Virus record (IMG/VR): IMGVR_UViG_3300005077_000562
Span: 1-32,516 of that record
Length of the DNA: 32,516 nt
Direction: 5' to 3' (one strand)
Source of the DNA: a virus
Lineage: Duplodnaviria; Caudoviricetes
How positions within the stretch are numbered: the first letter of the stretch is position 1; each line of letters opens with the position of its first letter. A program made the position numbers and the translations under genes. Below the pieces are notes generated by a model. It had not been told where the DNA came from and made no database searches. It worked only from the letters and a program-made list of their open reading frames with translations. Shown piece by piece: positions 8,475 to 18,721 of this stretch.

Positions 8475-8819
8475 TTACGTCTCCACATATTTTTGAGTTG
8501 ATAATATTTTATGTATAATACCATTAATCCAATTTTTTTGCATAACATTATTAGTCAATCGTTTTTTTAATGACATTTTATTACCATAGTATAATAATAT
8601 ATAAAAATCTTCTTTTATTTTATACGAAAATAATTTATATATTTTAAGATTATGATCCATAGGACTAAAATAAAACAATTTAATATCTTTAGCTTTTTTT
8701 GTAATATGTTTAAATTCTGGATCAGAAGAAGATACATTTACATTATGACCACTATATTCTCTATCTTCTTTAAGTATATAATTAATTTCTTTTTTTATTA
8801 AATTAATAATGTTATTCAT
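8475..8819 (-). CDS. Putative internal head protein (MNNIINLIKKEINYILKE)
   Basis: Leader motif; directly downstream of the protease gene. Confidence 0.6.
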   Translation of the reverse strand: MNNIINLIKKEINYILKEDREYSGHNVNVSSSDPEFKHITKKAKDIKLFYFSPMDHNLKIYKLFSYKIKEDFYILLYYGNKMSLKKRLTNNVMQKNWINGIIHKILSTQKYVET

Positions 8820-8834
8820 TGTATTATTTCCAAT

Positions 8835-9422
8835 CTATTTATTATTTAATAATATTTCCATTATTATTTCATTAATTCTATCATATTTTGTATTTTTATT
8901 TACATTTTCATATAATTTATTCATAAATGCTCCATGAACACTTGGATTACTTACACAATCCCAACATATTAATTCATAATCATCTTGAACTTCATCTCCA
9001 TTTGTTGATTCTCTAATAGAACCAAGTCCTCTTGATGAAACTCCAATTTTTACATCAGATTTTAATAACTCTCGCAATATATTTCCTGACGGAGTATTTA
9101 AAACTTCCAAACTACCCACTAAATCATTACCTTTCCAATGTGCTTCAGTAATAACATGACTAACATTTGATAAATTTATAATACTGGAATCTGGATGATC
9201 TAATTCTCCTAATGATCGTCTTTCTTTAATTAATTGCATATATTTATTTATTTCTCGTTCCAAGATATTTTTTGAATATACTCTTCCATTTTGATTTTTA
9301 GTATTAGCACGTTGCAATACTCCTTGAATAATAACTTTACCATTATTTTTTTCAATAGATTCATTTATTATTTGTGGATTAACTTCTAAAGGTATATAAT
9401 CTACTAATAATCGTTTATTCAT
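8835..9422 (-). CDS. Prohead core protease (T4 gp21-like)
   Basis: NQNGRVY, LGELDHP (catalytic His), TPSGNI, GVSSRGLGS (catalytic Ser), D.VSNPS. Confidence 0.93.
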   Translation of the reverse strand: MNKRLLVDYIPLEVNPQIINESIEKNNGKVIIQGVLQRANTKNQNGRVYSKNILEREINKYMQLIKERRSLGELDHPDSSIINLSNVSHVITEAHWKGNDLVGSLEVLNTPSGNILRELLKSDVKIGVSSRGLGSIRESTNGDEVQDDYELICWDCVSNPSVHGAFMNKLYENVNKNTKYDRINEIIMEILLNNK

Positions 9423-9443
9423 TTTATTTATCTCCCATTATAT

Positions 9444-9731
9444 TCACAAGTTTTTAAATTCATTTTCTGCTTCTTTTTTAAATTCATCTGTATCAAATCC
9501 AAGACTATTTAATAAAAGTTCAAATTCTTGTACATGTATTTCTTCTTCTTTAGCTATATCCAAAAAAACTTTTTTTACTTTATGATTTTTCGATTGCATT
9601 GCAAATTTTTTATAATCAGATATAGCTATATATTCTTCTGCTAATGCCTTTTTTATATTTATTTCATCAATCGATAAAAAAATTTCTTCTTTTATTAATT
9701 GTTTTAAATTATTTTTAATTTTTATATCCAA
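9444..9731 (-). CDS. Short ferritin/rubrerythrin-like (half-ferritin) protein with leader LKQLIKEE
   Basis: LAEEYIAISDY...VFLDIAKEEEIHVQEF: EExxH di-iron ligands on a two-helix hairpin. Confidence 0.75.
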   Translation of the reverse strand: MDIKIKNNLKQLIKEEIFLSIDEINIKKALAEEYIAISDYKKFAMQSKNHKVKKVFLDIAKEEEIHVQEFELLLNSLGFDTDEFKKEAENEFKNL

Positions 9732-10210
9732 ATAGCACGTCTCCTAAATAAATCAAAAAAAACTGAAGCTATTTCTGCTCGAATTATATCTCTTAATTCA
9801 GCATAATCATTTTCATCTATTACTTCATTAACTTTTTTTTTTATTGTATATTCTTTTAACATATTATGTTGTTTAATAAATTTTACTGCTTTATCAATAT
9901 AAGCTTTTGATAAATCACCATAATAATATACATTATTTAAACCATCGTATGCTTTAAGTAATTCAATTTTATTAAAAGCATCATTTCTATCAATTCCATC
10001 AATCCATATTGTTGTTACATAATTAGAATGTGAATTTATAAGATAATCAGAATCATATCCTTTATTTGCTTTTCCTATTAATTTCATTTTATTAAATGAC
10101 TTTGGATGAGCAAAAGCATTCATTTTAAAAATAAATGAACTATCTCCATAATCTTCATTTAATAATTGTTCTTTAATTAATTTTCTTAAATATGAAGTTT
10201 TAATTTTCAT
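9722..10210 (-). CDS. Putative head protein (MKIKTSYLRKLIKE)
   Basis: AGGAG RBS; leader; C-terminal LRDIIRAEIASVFFDLF. Confidence 0.6.
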   Translation of the reverse strand: MKIKTSYLRKLIKEQLLNEDYGDSSFIFKMNAFAHPKSFNKMKLIGKANKGYDSDYLINSHSNYVTTIWIDGIDRNDAFNKIELLKAYDGLNNVYYYGDLSKAYIDKAVKFIKQHNMLKEYTIKKKVNEVIDENDYAELRDIIRAEIASVFFDLFRRRAIWI

Positions 10211-10224
10211 ATTACTTTATCTCC

Positions 10225-10686
10225 TTAATAAAATCGTTTCATTTTAGTAGATATTCTATTTAATCGTTCTTCTATTTTAGAAAAAGATTTTTTACTTCGT
10301 TTCCAATAATCAGAAAATTCAATATTAGATTCACTTTTTAATCTTAAATTCATATCAACAATTTCTTCAATATTTATTAAATTTTCTTTAATTGCACGTA
10401 TTGAATGACCAATTTTTTGTTTTGTATTATATTCAGCATTATCTCTATAATGATGATAAACTCCTCTTCTACCTTCTAATAATGTATCATTATTTTTAGA
10501 TATTTTATTTACAACATTCCAATTACCAGATAATTTTGCTTTTTTCTTTTCCCATTCTTTTCTATTAAATTCATCATCTCCAGAAAAAGCATATGGAGTT
10601 TGATATCCAGCAACATCTGATGTTTGTGTCATTTCATCTAACAATTCTTGTATTATTTCACGAATTATTTTTCTTAATTTATCCAT
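10225..10686 (-). CDS. Putative prohead core protein (MDKLRKIIRE; AGYQTPYAF)
   Basis: Between portal and protease, where T4 has small core proteins; leader motif. Confidence 0.6.
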   Translation of the reverse strand: MDKLRKIIREIIQELLDEMTQTSDVAGYQTPYAFSGDDEFNRKEWEKKKAKLSGNWNVVNKISKNNDTLLEGRRGVYHHYRDNAEYNTKQKIGHSIRAIKENLINIEEIVDMNLRLKSESNIEFSDYWKRSKKSFSKIEERLNRISTKMKRFY

Positions 10687-10696
10687 AATTATTTCT

Positions 10697-11548
10697 TTAA
10701 TTTTTTAATTCTTTAATCAATTCATAATATCGCATCAATTGAATTATTTGATTATCTTTAACAATTTTAGTTCTTTTTAAATTATCTATTTGTCTACATA
10801 CTTCATTTAATTTAATTTGAATAGATTTATCATTAACATTTGATATTAATGAATCCAATTCAAGTTTTACATTTTCAACCAATGAATCCATATATTGTTT
10901 AAATTTTTCAACATCAGATGAACTATATATATATTCTTTTAATAAATCTTTTTGCTTTATATCTAAATCTTTATATTTTTCGTTGAATTTATTAACCATT
11001 ATCTTATATGTTAATTTTTTCAATCCATCATCTTGAGAATCATAACTTTCAAATAAATCATTATAATCAATTTTTTTATTATTTGAAATATGTTCAATTA
11101 ACATATGACGACAATTAACTGATACAAATGGAGATACATAATTAACAGTATCAATTGATGATTCAAATAATTGATAAATTGATGCAAGTATTTTATAATT
11201 ATTTAATTTATTTCTAAAAAATAAATCAATATCATATTTATCTTTAATTTCTTTTATTAAATTATATTTTTCTTTTTTTAATAATTTTTCATTCATTTTT
11301 TGTCTAATTTTAATAACTTCATCAATAAATTGTGATGCTTTATTTTTATCGAAAAATTTAATTTCAACTAATTCTTTATATAATTCTAATTCTTTATTAA
11401 GTAATTTATTTTTAGAAAAATATTTTTTAATCAACTTAACGGACAATGGATCATCTACAGAATTCATTATATCAGATGTTGTTTGTTTAACTAACAATTC
11501 AAATAATATTCCAGTATTTTTAAATTTAGAATGTTTTATTTTTTTCAT
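10697..11548 (-). CDS. Hypothetical head-module protein downstream of portal
   Basis: 283 aa, AGGAG RBS, KHSKFKNTGILFELL N-terminus. Confidence 0.7.
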   Translation of the reverse strand: MKKIKHSKFKNTGILFELLVKQTTSDIMNSVDDPLSVKLIKKYFSKNKLLNKELELYKELVEIKFFDKNKASQFIDEVIKIRQKMNEKLLKKEKYNLIKEIKDKYDIDLFFRNKLNNYKILASIYQLFESSIDTVNYVSPFVSVNCRHMLIEHISNNKKIDYNDLFESYDSQDDGLKKLTYKIMVNKFNEKYKDLDIKQKDLLKEYIYSSSDVEKFKQYMDSLVENVKLELDSLISNVNDKSIQIKLNEVCRQIDNLKRTKIVKDNQIIQLMRYYELIKELKN

Positions 11549-11587
11549 TTTCTAACTCCTTATTAGATTTTTTGCTAATAAATCATA

Positions 11588-11596
11588 TATAAATAT
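11588..11596 (-). promoter_or_regulatory. Putative late-promoter motif ATATTTATA
   Basis: About 40 nt upstream of the 11548 start; same motif at 3727, 4070, 29851 and 30629, variants at about 5952, 17170 and 26781. Confidence 0.45.
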
Positions 11597-11606
11597 ATTA
11601 TTAATT

Positions 11607-13550
11607 TTATTTATTACCTTTTTCATCATTTTTTGTCAAATCAAAATATTTTTTAATATTAGTTAAATCTGATTCTTTCAACATTACTTTTTTAGTTGAA
11701 AATATAGAATTCAAATCTTCAGTTTTTGTATATTTATGTTTTAATCTACGAGATAAATGTTTCTTTTTATTTGAATCATAATTCAATTCTCCATCTAATC
11801 TCAATATATTTTCATAATCTTTTTTTCCAATCGGGTCTTCTCCAAATGGTTCATCCTTTGTTCGAGTTCTTATTTTTTTACTATCTCGCCCATCATCATT
11901 AGAACCACTTGTCATATTTTCAGTAGTAATATCTTCCTCATTTTTATTTTCTGTATCTTTTTTAAAATCTTTCATATTTTTACCATCTGATACTTTAACA
12001 ACATCAGTTTTAATATTTGTTTTAGAATCATCAGTAAAACTATCCATAAATTCATTATTAGTTTGAGATTCATCTTCATTTGAATTTGGCATTGTACCAC
12101 CCATTTCTCCTGTTTCTGAACCTCCCATTGCATTTTGTTCCATTGCAGTAAGTTTAGAAAATAATTCAGTATCTTTTTTCACCCCTTGTCTTTGTAATTT
12201 CATTTCATCTTCATCCATATTAAATATATTTTTATATATCCATTCAGAAGATAATAATTTTATATCTTTAGCATCACGAGCTAAACTAATTTTTGAACCC
12301 CACAATTCAAGTTTTTCTTGTTCATAAATAATTGATGGAGTAGTTAATAATAAATCAAAATCAACCAAATCTTTTCCTCTATATCCTTGAATATATAAAT
12401 GAATTAATGCAATTTTTGCTAATTCAGATATAACTACTTTTTGAATACGTTCAATTGTACGTCCAAATCGAATATCTTCTGAAGCCAATGTAGCTTTACC
12501 AGAAACAGCTTCTTCATATCCAAGAAATGCTCTTGGAACTTTTAATGCCGCCATTAATTTATTCTTTAAATAATCAACATCTTCTATTTGACCTTCATTT
12601 CCAAGACCTTGTAAAGTATCAATATTAGTACCACTATCCGATCCACGAACAGGAAGATAAAAATCTTCAGTCATATTTTGTAAATTAAATTTTAAATTAT
12701 ATTCTCCAGTTTCGGGATCAATATATGGAATTTTTTTAATTTGACCAATAACTTTTTGCATATATGCATCTACTTCATTTGGAGCTATATTACCAACATC
12801 AATTTTAAATATTCTTCGTTCAGGAGCTCTCATTATTCTATGTATTAACATTGCATCTTCTAACAATATTAATTGTTTCCACGTTCTTCTTGCAGGTTCA
12901 ATCATAGCACGACCATATGGTAAAAAATTAGGATCAGTTAATAATCTAAAATGTGCAATTTCAAAATTTTCTAATTTTGTTTTTCTACTACTTTCAAGAT
13001 AAAAATAAACTTTACTTGGATTATTAATATCTTCACCTTCACTTCGTCTTAATTGATATACTGAAAGTGGTATTACACTAACTACCCCATATTTTTCAGA
13101 TAAATCAAGTTTTAAAAAACAATCACCATATTTACACATTGATCTTATCCAAGTAGGAAGATTAAATTCTATATTTAAAATATCATAAAAAAGATTTTCT
13201 AAAACTTCTTTAATTTCGCCATTTGATGATTTAATTGTAATCATATCTCCAAATTCATTTCTTAAACAAGATTCTTCAGAGTAAATATCTAATGCAGATG
13301 CTATAATAGCATCAGTATCCATTGCTTCATAATCTTGAAATAATCTTAATCTCTGAACTTCCATTCCATATGGACTATTTGAAAATTGTCCACTTGTATT
13401 AAGAGAAGAAAACAATCTATTAAATTTATCAAATTTATATCCTACTTTTTCAATTTGATCTGTATCTATTACTTTTAATTTTTTTCCCCCAATGTTTCTA
13501 ACAACAACATCTTGAGAAAATATTTTTTTTAGTGTGTCAAATAATGCCAT
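11607..13550 (-). CDS. Portal vertex protein (T4 gp20-like)
   Basis: KQLILLEDAMLIHRIMRAPERRIFKIDVGN, EDFYLPVRG, KLMAALKVP. Confidence 0.95.
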   Translation of the reverse strand: MALFDTLKKIFSQDVVVRNIGGKKLKVIDTDQIEKVGYKFDKFNRLFSSLNTSGQFSNSPYGMEVQRLRLFQDYEAMDTDAIIASALDIYSEESCLRNEFGDMITIKSSNGEIKEVLENLFYDILNIEFNLPTWIRSMCKYGDCFLKLDLSEKYGVVSVIPLSVYQLRRSEGEDINNPSKVYFYLESSRKTKLENFEIAHFRLLTDPNFLPYGRAMIEPARRTWKQLILLEDAMLIHRIMRAPERRIFKIDVGNIAPNEVDAYMQKVIGQIKKIPYIDPETGEYNLKFNLQNMTEDFYLPVRGSDSGTNIDTLQGLGNEGQIEDVDYLKNKLMAALKVPRAFLGYEEAVSGKATLASEDIRFGRTIERIQKVVISELAKIALIHLYIQGYRGKDLVDFDLLLTTPSIIYEQEKLELWGSKISLARDAKDIKLLSSEWIYKNIFNMDEDEMKLQRQGVKKDTELFSKLTAMEQNAMGGSETGEMGGTMPNSNEDESQTNNEFMDSFTDDSKTNIKTDVVKVSDGKNMKDFKKDTENKNEEDITTENMTSGSNDDGRDSKKIRTRTKDEPFGEDPIGKKDYENILRLDGELNYDSNKKKHLSRRLKHKYTKTEDLNSIFSTKKVMLKESDLTNIKKYFDLTKNDEKGNK

Positions 13551-13587
13551 AAATACCTCTTATATTTTTAAATAATTTTGTAAAAAT

Positions 13588-13740
13588 TTATTTTTCACAA
13601 AATATATTTTTTATATCACTTAATGGAAATTTATCATTTGATAATATTTTCATTTCCTTTGCTGTAATTTTTTTAGTTCCTATTTTATTGGATATATTAT
13701 TTTCTATTTGAGAAATTATTTTTTTTATATCTTGATCCAT
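13588..13740 (-). CDS. Small 50-aa ORF between terminase and portal, absent from the ORF track
   Basis: AGGAG RBS then MDQDIKKIISQIENNISNKIGTKKITAKEMKILSNDKFPLSDIKNIFCEK*; fills the gap. Confidence 0.6.
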   Translation of the reverse strand: MDQDIKKIISQIENNISNKIGTKKITAKEMKILSNDKFPLSDIKNIFCEK

Positions 13741-13750
13741 ATTTATTCTC

Positions 13751-15355
13751 CTATAAATAATCAGTTAAATCCAATTGCTCATTATTACCGACTCTAAGTT
13801 TATATGGATTAATATCATTATATGTTTTTTGATATATTAAAGAATCTATTGTAGATTTTCCAATTTTAGATATCATCATTTTAGACAATTGAATTCCATC
13901 ATTTCTAAGTTTTAATGCAGTATCTCTTACCCACAATAAAATACCAAGACTCATTACTAAGTCATCATTTCTTCCAGGTTGTGCTTGCGCTTTTCCATTT
14001 TTCCAAATAAATGTTTCTAATTCATTTAATAATCTAATAGAATATATAATTAAACTTTTTTCTGTAAAATATCGTTCTATCTTAGATATTAATAAACCCC
14101 TTGTTTTCTCAGTAGTTCCAAATCCTGGTTTTAATTTTTTTTCATCACGATTTAATTTATTAGAATAATGATGTAAAACATCAACAAATTGTAAATCACT
14201 ACTCGAATAAAATAAATTTCCATAATTTATATCTATTAATTCTTGAACAGTATCCCAACCTATACCTTCTCTTTCAACGATTATTAATGCCATATTATAT
14301 GTAATTCCAATTGATGCTAATAATTTAGCAAATGATCGAGTATCTATATGACCTTGATATTCAGCAACTTGTTCCAAAGACTCAATATCAAATATTTGAG
14401 CGGCTGAATAATCTGTTCCATCACCTCTTGCAACGTCTGCGGATATTACATATGATTTATTATTTTCAGGATGCTTAAATATCCATAAACCATTATCAAT
14501 ACCACTTTTTTGTATTGGATTCATTAAAAATTTTGTTTTATATTCAGTAATAATACCCATATCTACAACATTATTACCAGATGCTAAGAAATCAGCATCA
14601 CATTCTTGTGATGCTTTTAATTTCCCCAAATCTATATCTTGTCTATCTCTCCATTCTTGATCACGTTCAGGATGTACCATCCATTTTAATTTTATTGTAT
14701 GAAAATTATTAGAACCTGCTTCTGCATCTAACCACATACTATGAAAAAAATTTCCTACTCCATTTGGTGTTGATAATAATATACAATCTCCACCAGTTGA
14801 AATTGTTTGTTGTGCAGATGTCCATATTTCATCAATTTTATCAATAAAAGCACATTCATCAATTATTAATAAAGAAACTGCTTCTGATCTTGCTCGTTCA
14901 GGAGAACTTGATATAGCAACTGCCTTTGATCCATTATCAAATGATATTGACATTTTATTATTTTCTGTTGATCTACGTTTCATCCAAGATGGTAAAGCCG
15001 TATATGCATAATTAATTTTAGATATAATATTTTTTGCAACATCTTTTCCAGTTGCAATAATTAATATATTTTGATCTTTTTTGAATGTCATTAACCACAA
15101 AGCATAATTTGCAACAACCGTAGATAAACCAAGTTGTCTTGATTTTAAAATAATATTATATCTATGATTAATAAACTCATCCAATATTTTTTCCTGATAT
15201 TCATATAAAATAAAAGGAATCTTTCCTCGTACTGGATGCTGAATAAAACAATATTTTTTAATAAAATATTTATAATCTTTAGCACATAAACCATATTGTT
15301 CAGCAATAATTTCTTTAATCGTCTTTTTTTGTGTAATGTCCATTTTAAAAATCAC
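13751..15355 (-). CDS. terL: Terminase large subunit (T4 gp17-like)
   Basis: LYEYQ, Walker A KSRQLGLST, Walker B LLIIDECAF, STPNG, nuclease SADVARGDGTDYS and NDDLVMS; start may be 15343. Confidence 0.95.
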   Translation of the reverse strand: MIFKMDITQKKTIKEIIAEQYGLCAKDYKYFIKKYCFIQHPVRGKIPFILYEYQEKILDEFINHRYNIILKSRQLGLSTVVANYALWLMTFKKDQNILIIATGKDVAKNIISKINYAYTALPSWMKRRSTENNKMSISFDNGSKAVAISSSPERARSEAVSLLIIDECAFIDKIDEIWTSAQQTISTGGDCILLSTPNGVGNFFHSMWLDAEAGSNNFHTIKLKWMVHPERDQEWRDRQDIDLGKLKASQECDADFLASGNNVVDMGIITEYKTKFLMNPIQKSGIDNGLWIFKHPENNKSYVISADVARGDGTDYSAAQIFDIESLEQVAEYQGHIDTRSFAKLLASIGITYNMALIIVEREGIGWDTVQELIDINYGNLFYSSSDLQFVDVLHHYSNKLNRDEKKLKPGFGTTEKTRGLLISKIERYFTEKSLIIYSIRLLNELETFIWKNGKAQAQPGRNDDLVMSLGILLWVRDTALKLRNDGIQLSKMMISKIGKSTIDSLIYQKTYNDINPYKLRVGNNEQLDLTDYL

Positions 15356-15362
15356 TCAGCAA

Positions 15363-15962
15363 TTAAGATAATAATTCTAAATATTCATCCGTTGCATATC
15401 CAAATCCATTTTCAATTTGAGGTTTATTAAACATTTGACTTAAATCATCATATGATATTAAAGCGTCTCCCTCTTTTGTACCTGGTGCAGTTAATATATA
15501 TGATCCATAATGATCTTCAAATTCATAATATATTAAATGCTTAAATTTCGGATGTCTCCCATTTTTAGGTTTAACATTATGATTAAATCTTCCTAATAAT
15601 AATTTTTTTTTATTTTCAATTATAGGTTTTTTTATTAAAACAGATTCATTCATATCATAAGATTTACCATTTTTTAAATTACTTCCCTGTAACCATTTTT
15701 TAACATCATCATAATATGGCTTATTTTTCACTTGCCCAATATGATATGTCCATCCAGAATCTCTTATTTCATCTGGATTTGGTTTTTTATTAGTATTAGC
15801 ATAATACATATAAAAATGAACCGAATCTTCCATATCTAATAACCAATAAGTATCAGTTCCATCATTAAATTTTAATACTATACTTAATATTCGATCAGAA
15901 CTTTTATTTTCAGATATTATACTATTTTTTCTAAGAAGTTTTGTCCAATCATTTATATTCAT
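15363..15962 (-). CDS. Hypothetical two-segment protein (IISE leader; internal MNES...PIIE)
   Basis: AGGAG RBS; (I/L)xE motifs at the N-terminus and mid-protein. Confidence 0.6.
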   Translation of the reverse strand: MNINDWTKLLRKNSIISENKSSDRILSIVLKFNDGTDTYWLLDMEDSVHFYMYYANTNKKPNPDEIRDSGWTYHIGQVKNKPYYDDVKKWLQGSNLKNGKSYDMNESVLIKKPIIENKKKLLLGRFNHNVKPKNGRHPKFKHLIYYEFEDHYGSYILTAPGTKEGDALISYDDLSQMFNKPQIENGFGYATDEYLELLS

Positions 15963-15977
15963 CTATTTACTCCTAAC

Positions 15978-16358
15978 TTATACTCCAACTCCAAGTCTTT
16001 TTCTTTTTTTCTGAACTTTTCTACTTGCAATATGACCATCTTTTTCATCACTATAAGTCAAAAATGATAATTCTTCTTTTACAAGACGTTTAATTAATTG
16101 ACGTAATTGATTTTCAGTAATTTTTTTTACTTTAGAAATTCTATTTTTTTTATTTAATGATTCATTTTTAGATTTCCAATTATTTTCAATATAACTAAAA
16201 AATTTCTTTTTCTTGTCATCTGGAAGTTCATCTATTTCATCAGGATTAAATCCAAATTTTTCTGCGGACGTTTTAAAGAAATCTTGATATTCAGAATTTT
16301 CTTCTTCATTAAGAACTTTTAATATCATTTCTTTTAATTGATTTCTACTTATTTTCAT
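15978..16358 (-). CDS. Putative internal head protein with N-terminal and internal leader copies
   Basis: MKISRNQLKEMILKVLNE and KITENQLRQLIKRLVKEE; AGGAG RBS. Confidence 0.62.
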   Translation of the reverse strand: MKISRNQLKEMILKVLNEEENSEYQDFFKTSAEKFGFNPDEIDELPDDKKKKFFSYIENNWKSKNESLNKKNRISKVKKITENQLRQLIKRLVKEELSFLTYSDEKDGHIASRKVQKKRKRLGVGV

Positions 16359-16374
16359 TTTATTTTCTCCTTAA

Positions 16375-16746
16375 TTAAAATAATGTTGTATATAATCCAG
16401 TAAATTCAGTAAACAATTCTTGTAATTGATCATTATATATACTATCATATTCTTGCATAATCTTACCATTTTTATAAAAAATCATTTTATAATAGTCTTT
16501 ATATCTATTATATTCTATTTTTAACATATTAGATTTTTTTGATCCTTTAAATGAAAATCTAAGACTTATTATACCATTTTTTTCATCTTCATATAAAAAA
16601 TTATATGCTCCCGTCATAACTTTAAATTTTTGTCCCCCCAATTGTCGAAATATTTCTTTTGCAACAAGTTCAGCATTTTCATTTAAAATTTTAATTTTAA
16701 TATCTTTTCCAATTTTTAATAAATCTTTAATTGTATTAATACTCAT
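16375..16746 (-). CDS. Hypothetical protein (IFRQLGGQKFKVMTGA) after a leader ending KILNE
   Basis: GGAG RBS; the motif resembles a recurring phage/plasmid family. Confidence 0.6.
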   Translation of the reverse strand: MSINTIKDLLKIGKDIKIKILNENAELVAKEIFRQLGGQKFKVMTGAYNFLYEDEKNGIISLRFSFKGSKKSNMLKIEYNRYKDYYKMIFYKNGKIMQEYDSIYNDQLQELFTEFTGLYTTLF

Positions 16747-16761
16747 TATATATCTCCAAAA

Positions 16762-17133
16762 TTAAGATAATACCATTGTTAAATCATATTTATCTAATGG
16801 GTCTTTTACACTTCCAGCTCCAGATGCAGTTATTACACCATCAATCTGTTGAGTTTTTCCATTTTTATTAGTAAATTCAATTGTAAAATACCATCGTTTT
16901 CCGGCAGGATTTCCTGTTGTTTTGTCATGAAAATAGTTTGATTTTTCTAACCACCAATTTAAATTTAAAGTATCGAATTTTTTAAAAATAGAATGTACTG
17001 GAATCCAACTTTGATCATCAAATATACCGTTTAATATATAATTTACTTTTCCATAAATGCTATTAATTGCATTTTGTTTTGATTTTCCATCAATATTAAA
17101 ACCATTAGTTAATATATCATTTAATTTTATCAT
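16762..17133 (-). CDS. Hypothetical protein (MIKLNDIL leader variant)
   Basis: GGAG RBS supports a start at 17133. Confidence 0.6.
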   Translation of the reverse strand: MIKLNDILTNGFNIDGKSKQNAINSIYGKVNYILNGIFDDQSWIPVHSIFKKFDTLNLNWWLEKSNYFHDKTTGNPAGKRWYFTIEFTNKNGKTQQIDGVITASGAGSVKDPLDKYDLTMVLS

Positions 17134-17186
17134 ATTATTCTCCATAAATTTATTTTTAAATAAAATATATATAAATAAATATATCT

Positions 17187-17645
17187 TTATTTTGAAAATA
17201 GATCATATTTAGAAATTAAATTCTCAATTTTATTTAATAATACTTTAACATTATAAGAATTTAAATTACATATATTTAAAAATAAATCGACTAAACAATT
17301 AATTATCTCATTATGTTGATTTGGAATTTTATGTATTTTTTTAATTGCATCTTGAATATATTTATATTCATTATCTGTTAAATCATTATCATTCCAGTCT
17401 CTCCAATTCAAAGTCATTCTAATCCTTTGAATTTTTTCTTCAATATAATATTTATCTCTATATATTTTTTTACCTAATTCTCTTAATATATCTCCTGCAT
17501 TTTCTAATTTAAATGCTATAAAAGCTCCAGTTGAAGATGTATTTTTTGTTCGTAATAAATTGTATTCTAAATTAATATCCCAATAATCTCTACTTTCAAT
17601 TAACTCATCATATATATTTTCTTTTATTAAACTTAATAATTTCAT
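17187..17645 (-). CDS. Putative internal head protein (MKLLSLIKE)
   Basis: Leader motif. Confidence 0.6.
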   Translation of the reverse strand: MKLLSLIKENIYDELIESRDYWDINLEYNLLRTKNTSSTGAFIAFKLENAGDILRELGKKIYRDKYYIEEKIQRIRMTLNWRDWNDNDLTDNEYKYIQDAIKKIHKIPNQHNEIINCLVDLFLNICNLNSYNVKVLLNKIENLISKYDLFSK

Positions 17646-17651
17646 ATAATT

Positions 17652-17966
17652 TTATCCTATTTTAAAATATTTTAATATTACACCAATCAATACTGCTAAA
17701 AATCCAGCAATAAGTCCCCATACACCACTTTTTATTTGTAATGCAGATAATTGACCAGTAACAAATTCTTTAAAAGTAGATAAATCTTTATTAGTAGAAG
17801 AAATTCCAGAAGATATTTTACTAATATCATCTTTAGTAACATAAGTTTTTTTAATATCTTCTATATCAGTTCCATATCTTCGTATAGAATCTATTATCCA
17901 TAATCGATATTCTTCCCATTTTCCATTTTTATCAGAATTATCATTATTTTGTTTCTCAACAGACAT
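17652..17966 (-). CDS. Coiled-coil protein with C-terminal TM helix (holin/lysis-associated candidate)
   Basis: GVWGLIAGFLAVLIGVILKYF hydrophobic tail. Confidence 0.5.
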   Translation of the reverse strand: MSVEKQNNDNSDKNGKWEEYRLWIIDSIRRYGTDIEDIKKTYVTKDDISKISSGISSTNKDLSTFKEFVTGQLSALQIKSGVWGLIAGFLAVLIGVILKYFKIG

Positions 17967-17969
17967 TAA

Positions 17970-18170
17970 TTATTCCTTTTTATTATTAATTGCCTCAGAA
18001 ACTTTTCCTGCCACACTTTCTACCACATTTGCACCTAAATATGATACTAATACCCATTTAGTAAATTCTGCCCATTGATCAAATGTTACAGGAAGTTTAA
18101 ATACAAAAAATAACGTCACTGTTAATAATATTACTGCAGATAATATAAATTTTCTTGATTTAACTTCCAT
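17970..18170 (-). CDS. Small two-TM membrane protein, holin candidate
   Basis: SRKFILSAVILLTVTLFFVF and WVLVSYLGANV, charged C-terminus. Confidence 0.55.
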   Translation of the reverse strand: MEVKSRKFILSAVILLTVTLFFVFKLPVTFDQWAEFTKWVLVSYLGANVVESVAGKVSEAINNKKE

Positions 18171-18720
18171 TTAAATTCTCCTCTAATTTAATTAATTCAT
18201 TATTTATATTATTTAATTCATTTAGCCAAAAATTTTTTACTTCATCAATATTTGACCATTTTTCAGTTTCACCCTTTTCATTAACAAATCCAATATATCC
18301 CTTTTCTAATTGAGCTAAATATTCAGTTATTTCATTTTTAATATCTTTATAATATCCTATTTTTTTAGATTTAATATATTGTTGTTCATATTGATTAAAT
18401 GTTCCATTTTTTACCATTTCAATATCTCTTTTTATAAGACATTTTAAACAAAATCCAAATTTCCAATATACTTCTTCATCTTTTGCTGATTTTCCCATAA
18501 TTCCATTACATTTTGGACAAAATAACGGCATTCGTATATCAACTTTAGGAATTTTAGATATATATCCATCTTTTTGTTCCCATTGATTTCCATCATTATC
18601 AATCCATCGTTCTCCAATTTTTCTACTATTCACATTTTTCTTATGTTCATAACCAAATTGTATTTTTGGATTTTCTCCTCTTAATATTGAACGAATTCTT
18701 TTTGGGTATATATAAGACAT
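18160..18720 (-). CDS. Hypothetical protein with a Zn-binding CxxC...CxxC motif
   Basis: CPKC and CLKC; AGGAGG RBS. Confidence 0.65.
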   Translation of the reverse strand: MSYIYPKRIRSILRGENPKIQFGYEHKKNVNSRKIGERWIDNDGNQWEQKDGYISKIPKVDIRMPLFCPKCNGIMGKSAKDEEVYWKFGFCLKCLIKRDIEMVKNGTFNQYEQQYIKSKKIGYYKDIKNEITEYLAQLEKGYIGFVNEKGETEKWSNIDEVKNFWLNELNNINNELIKLEENLNGS

Positions 18721-18721
18721 A

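Noticed and set aside
11607-15355. Introns or inteins in terminase or portal
   Set aside because: Both ORFs are continuous, of ordinary length, and lack intein or homing-endonuclease motifs
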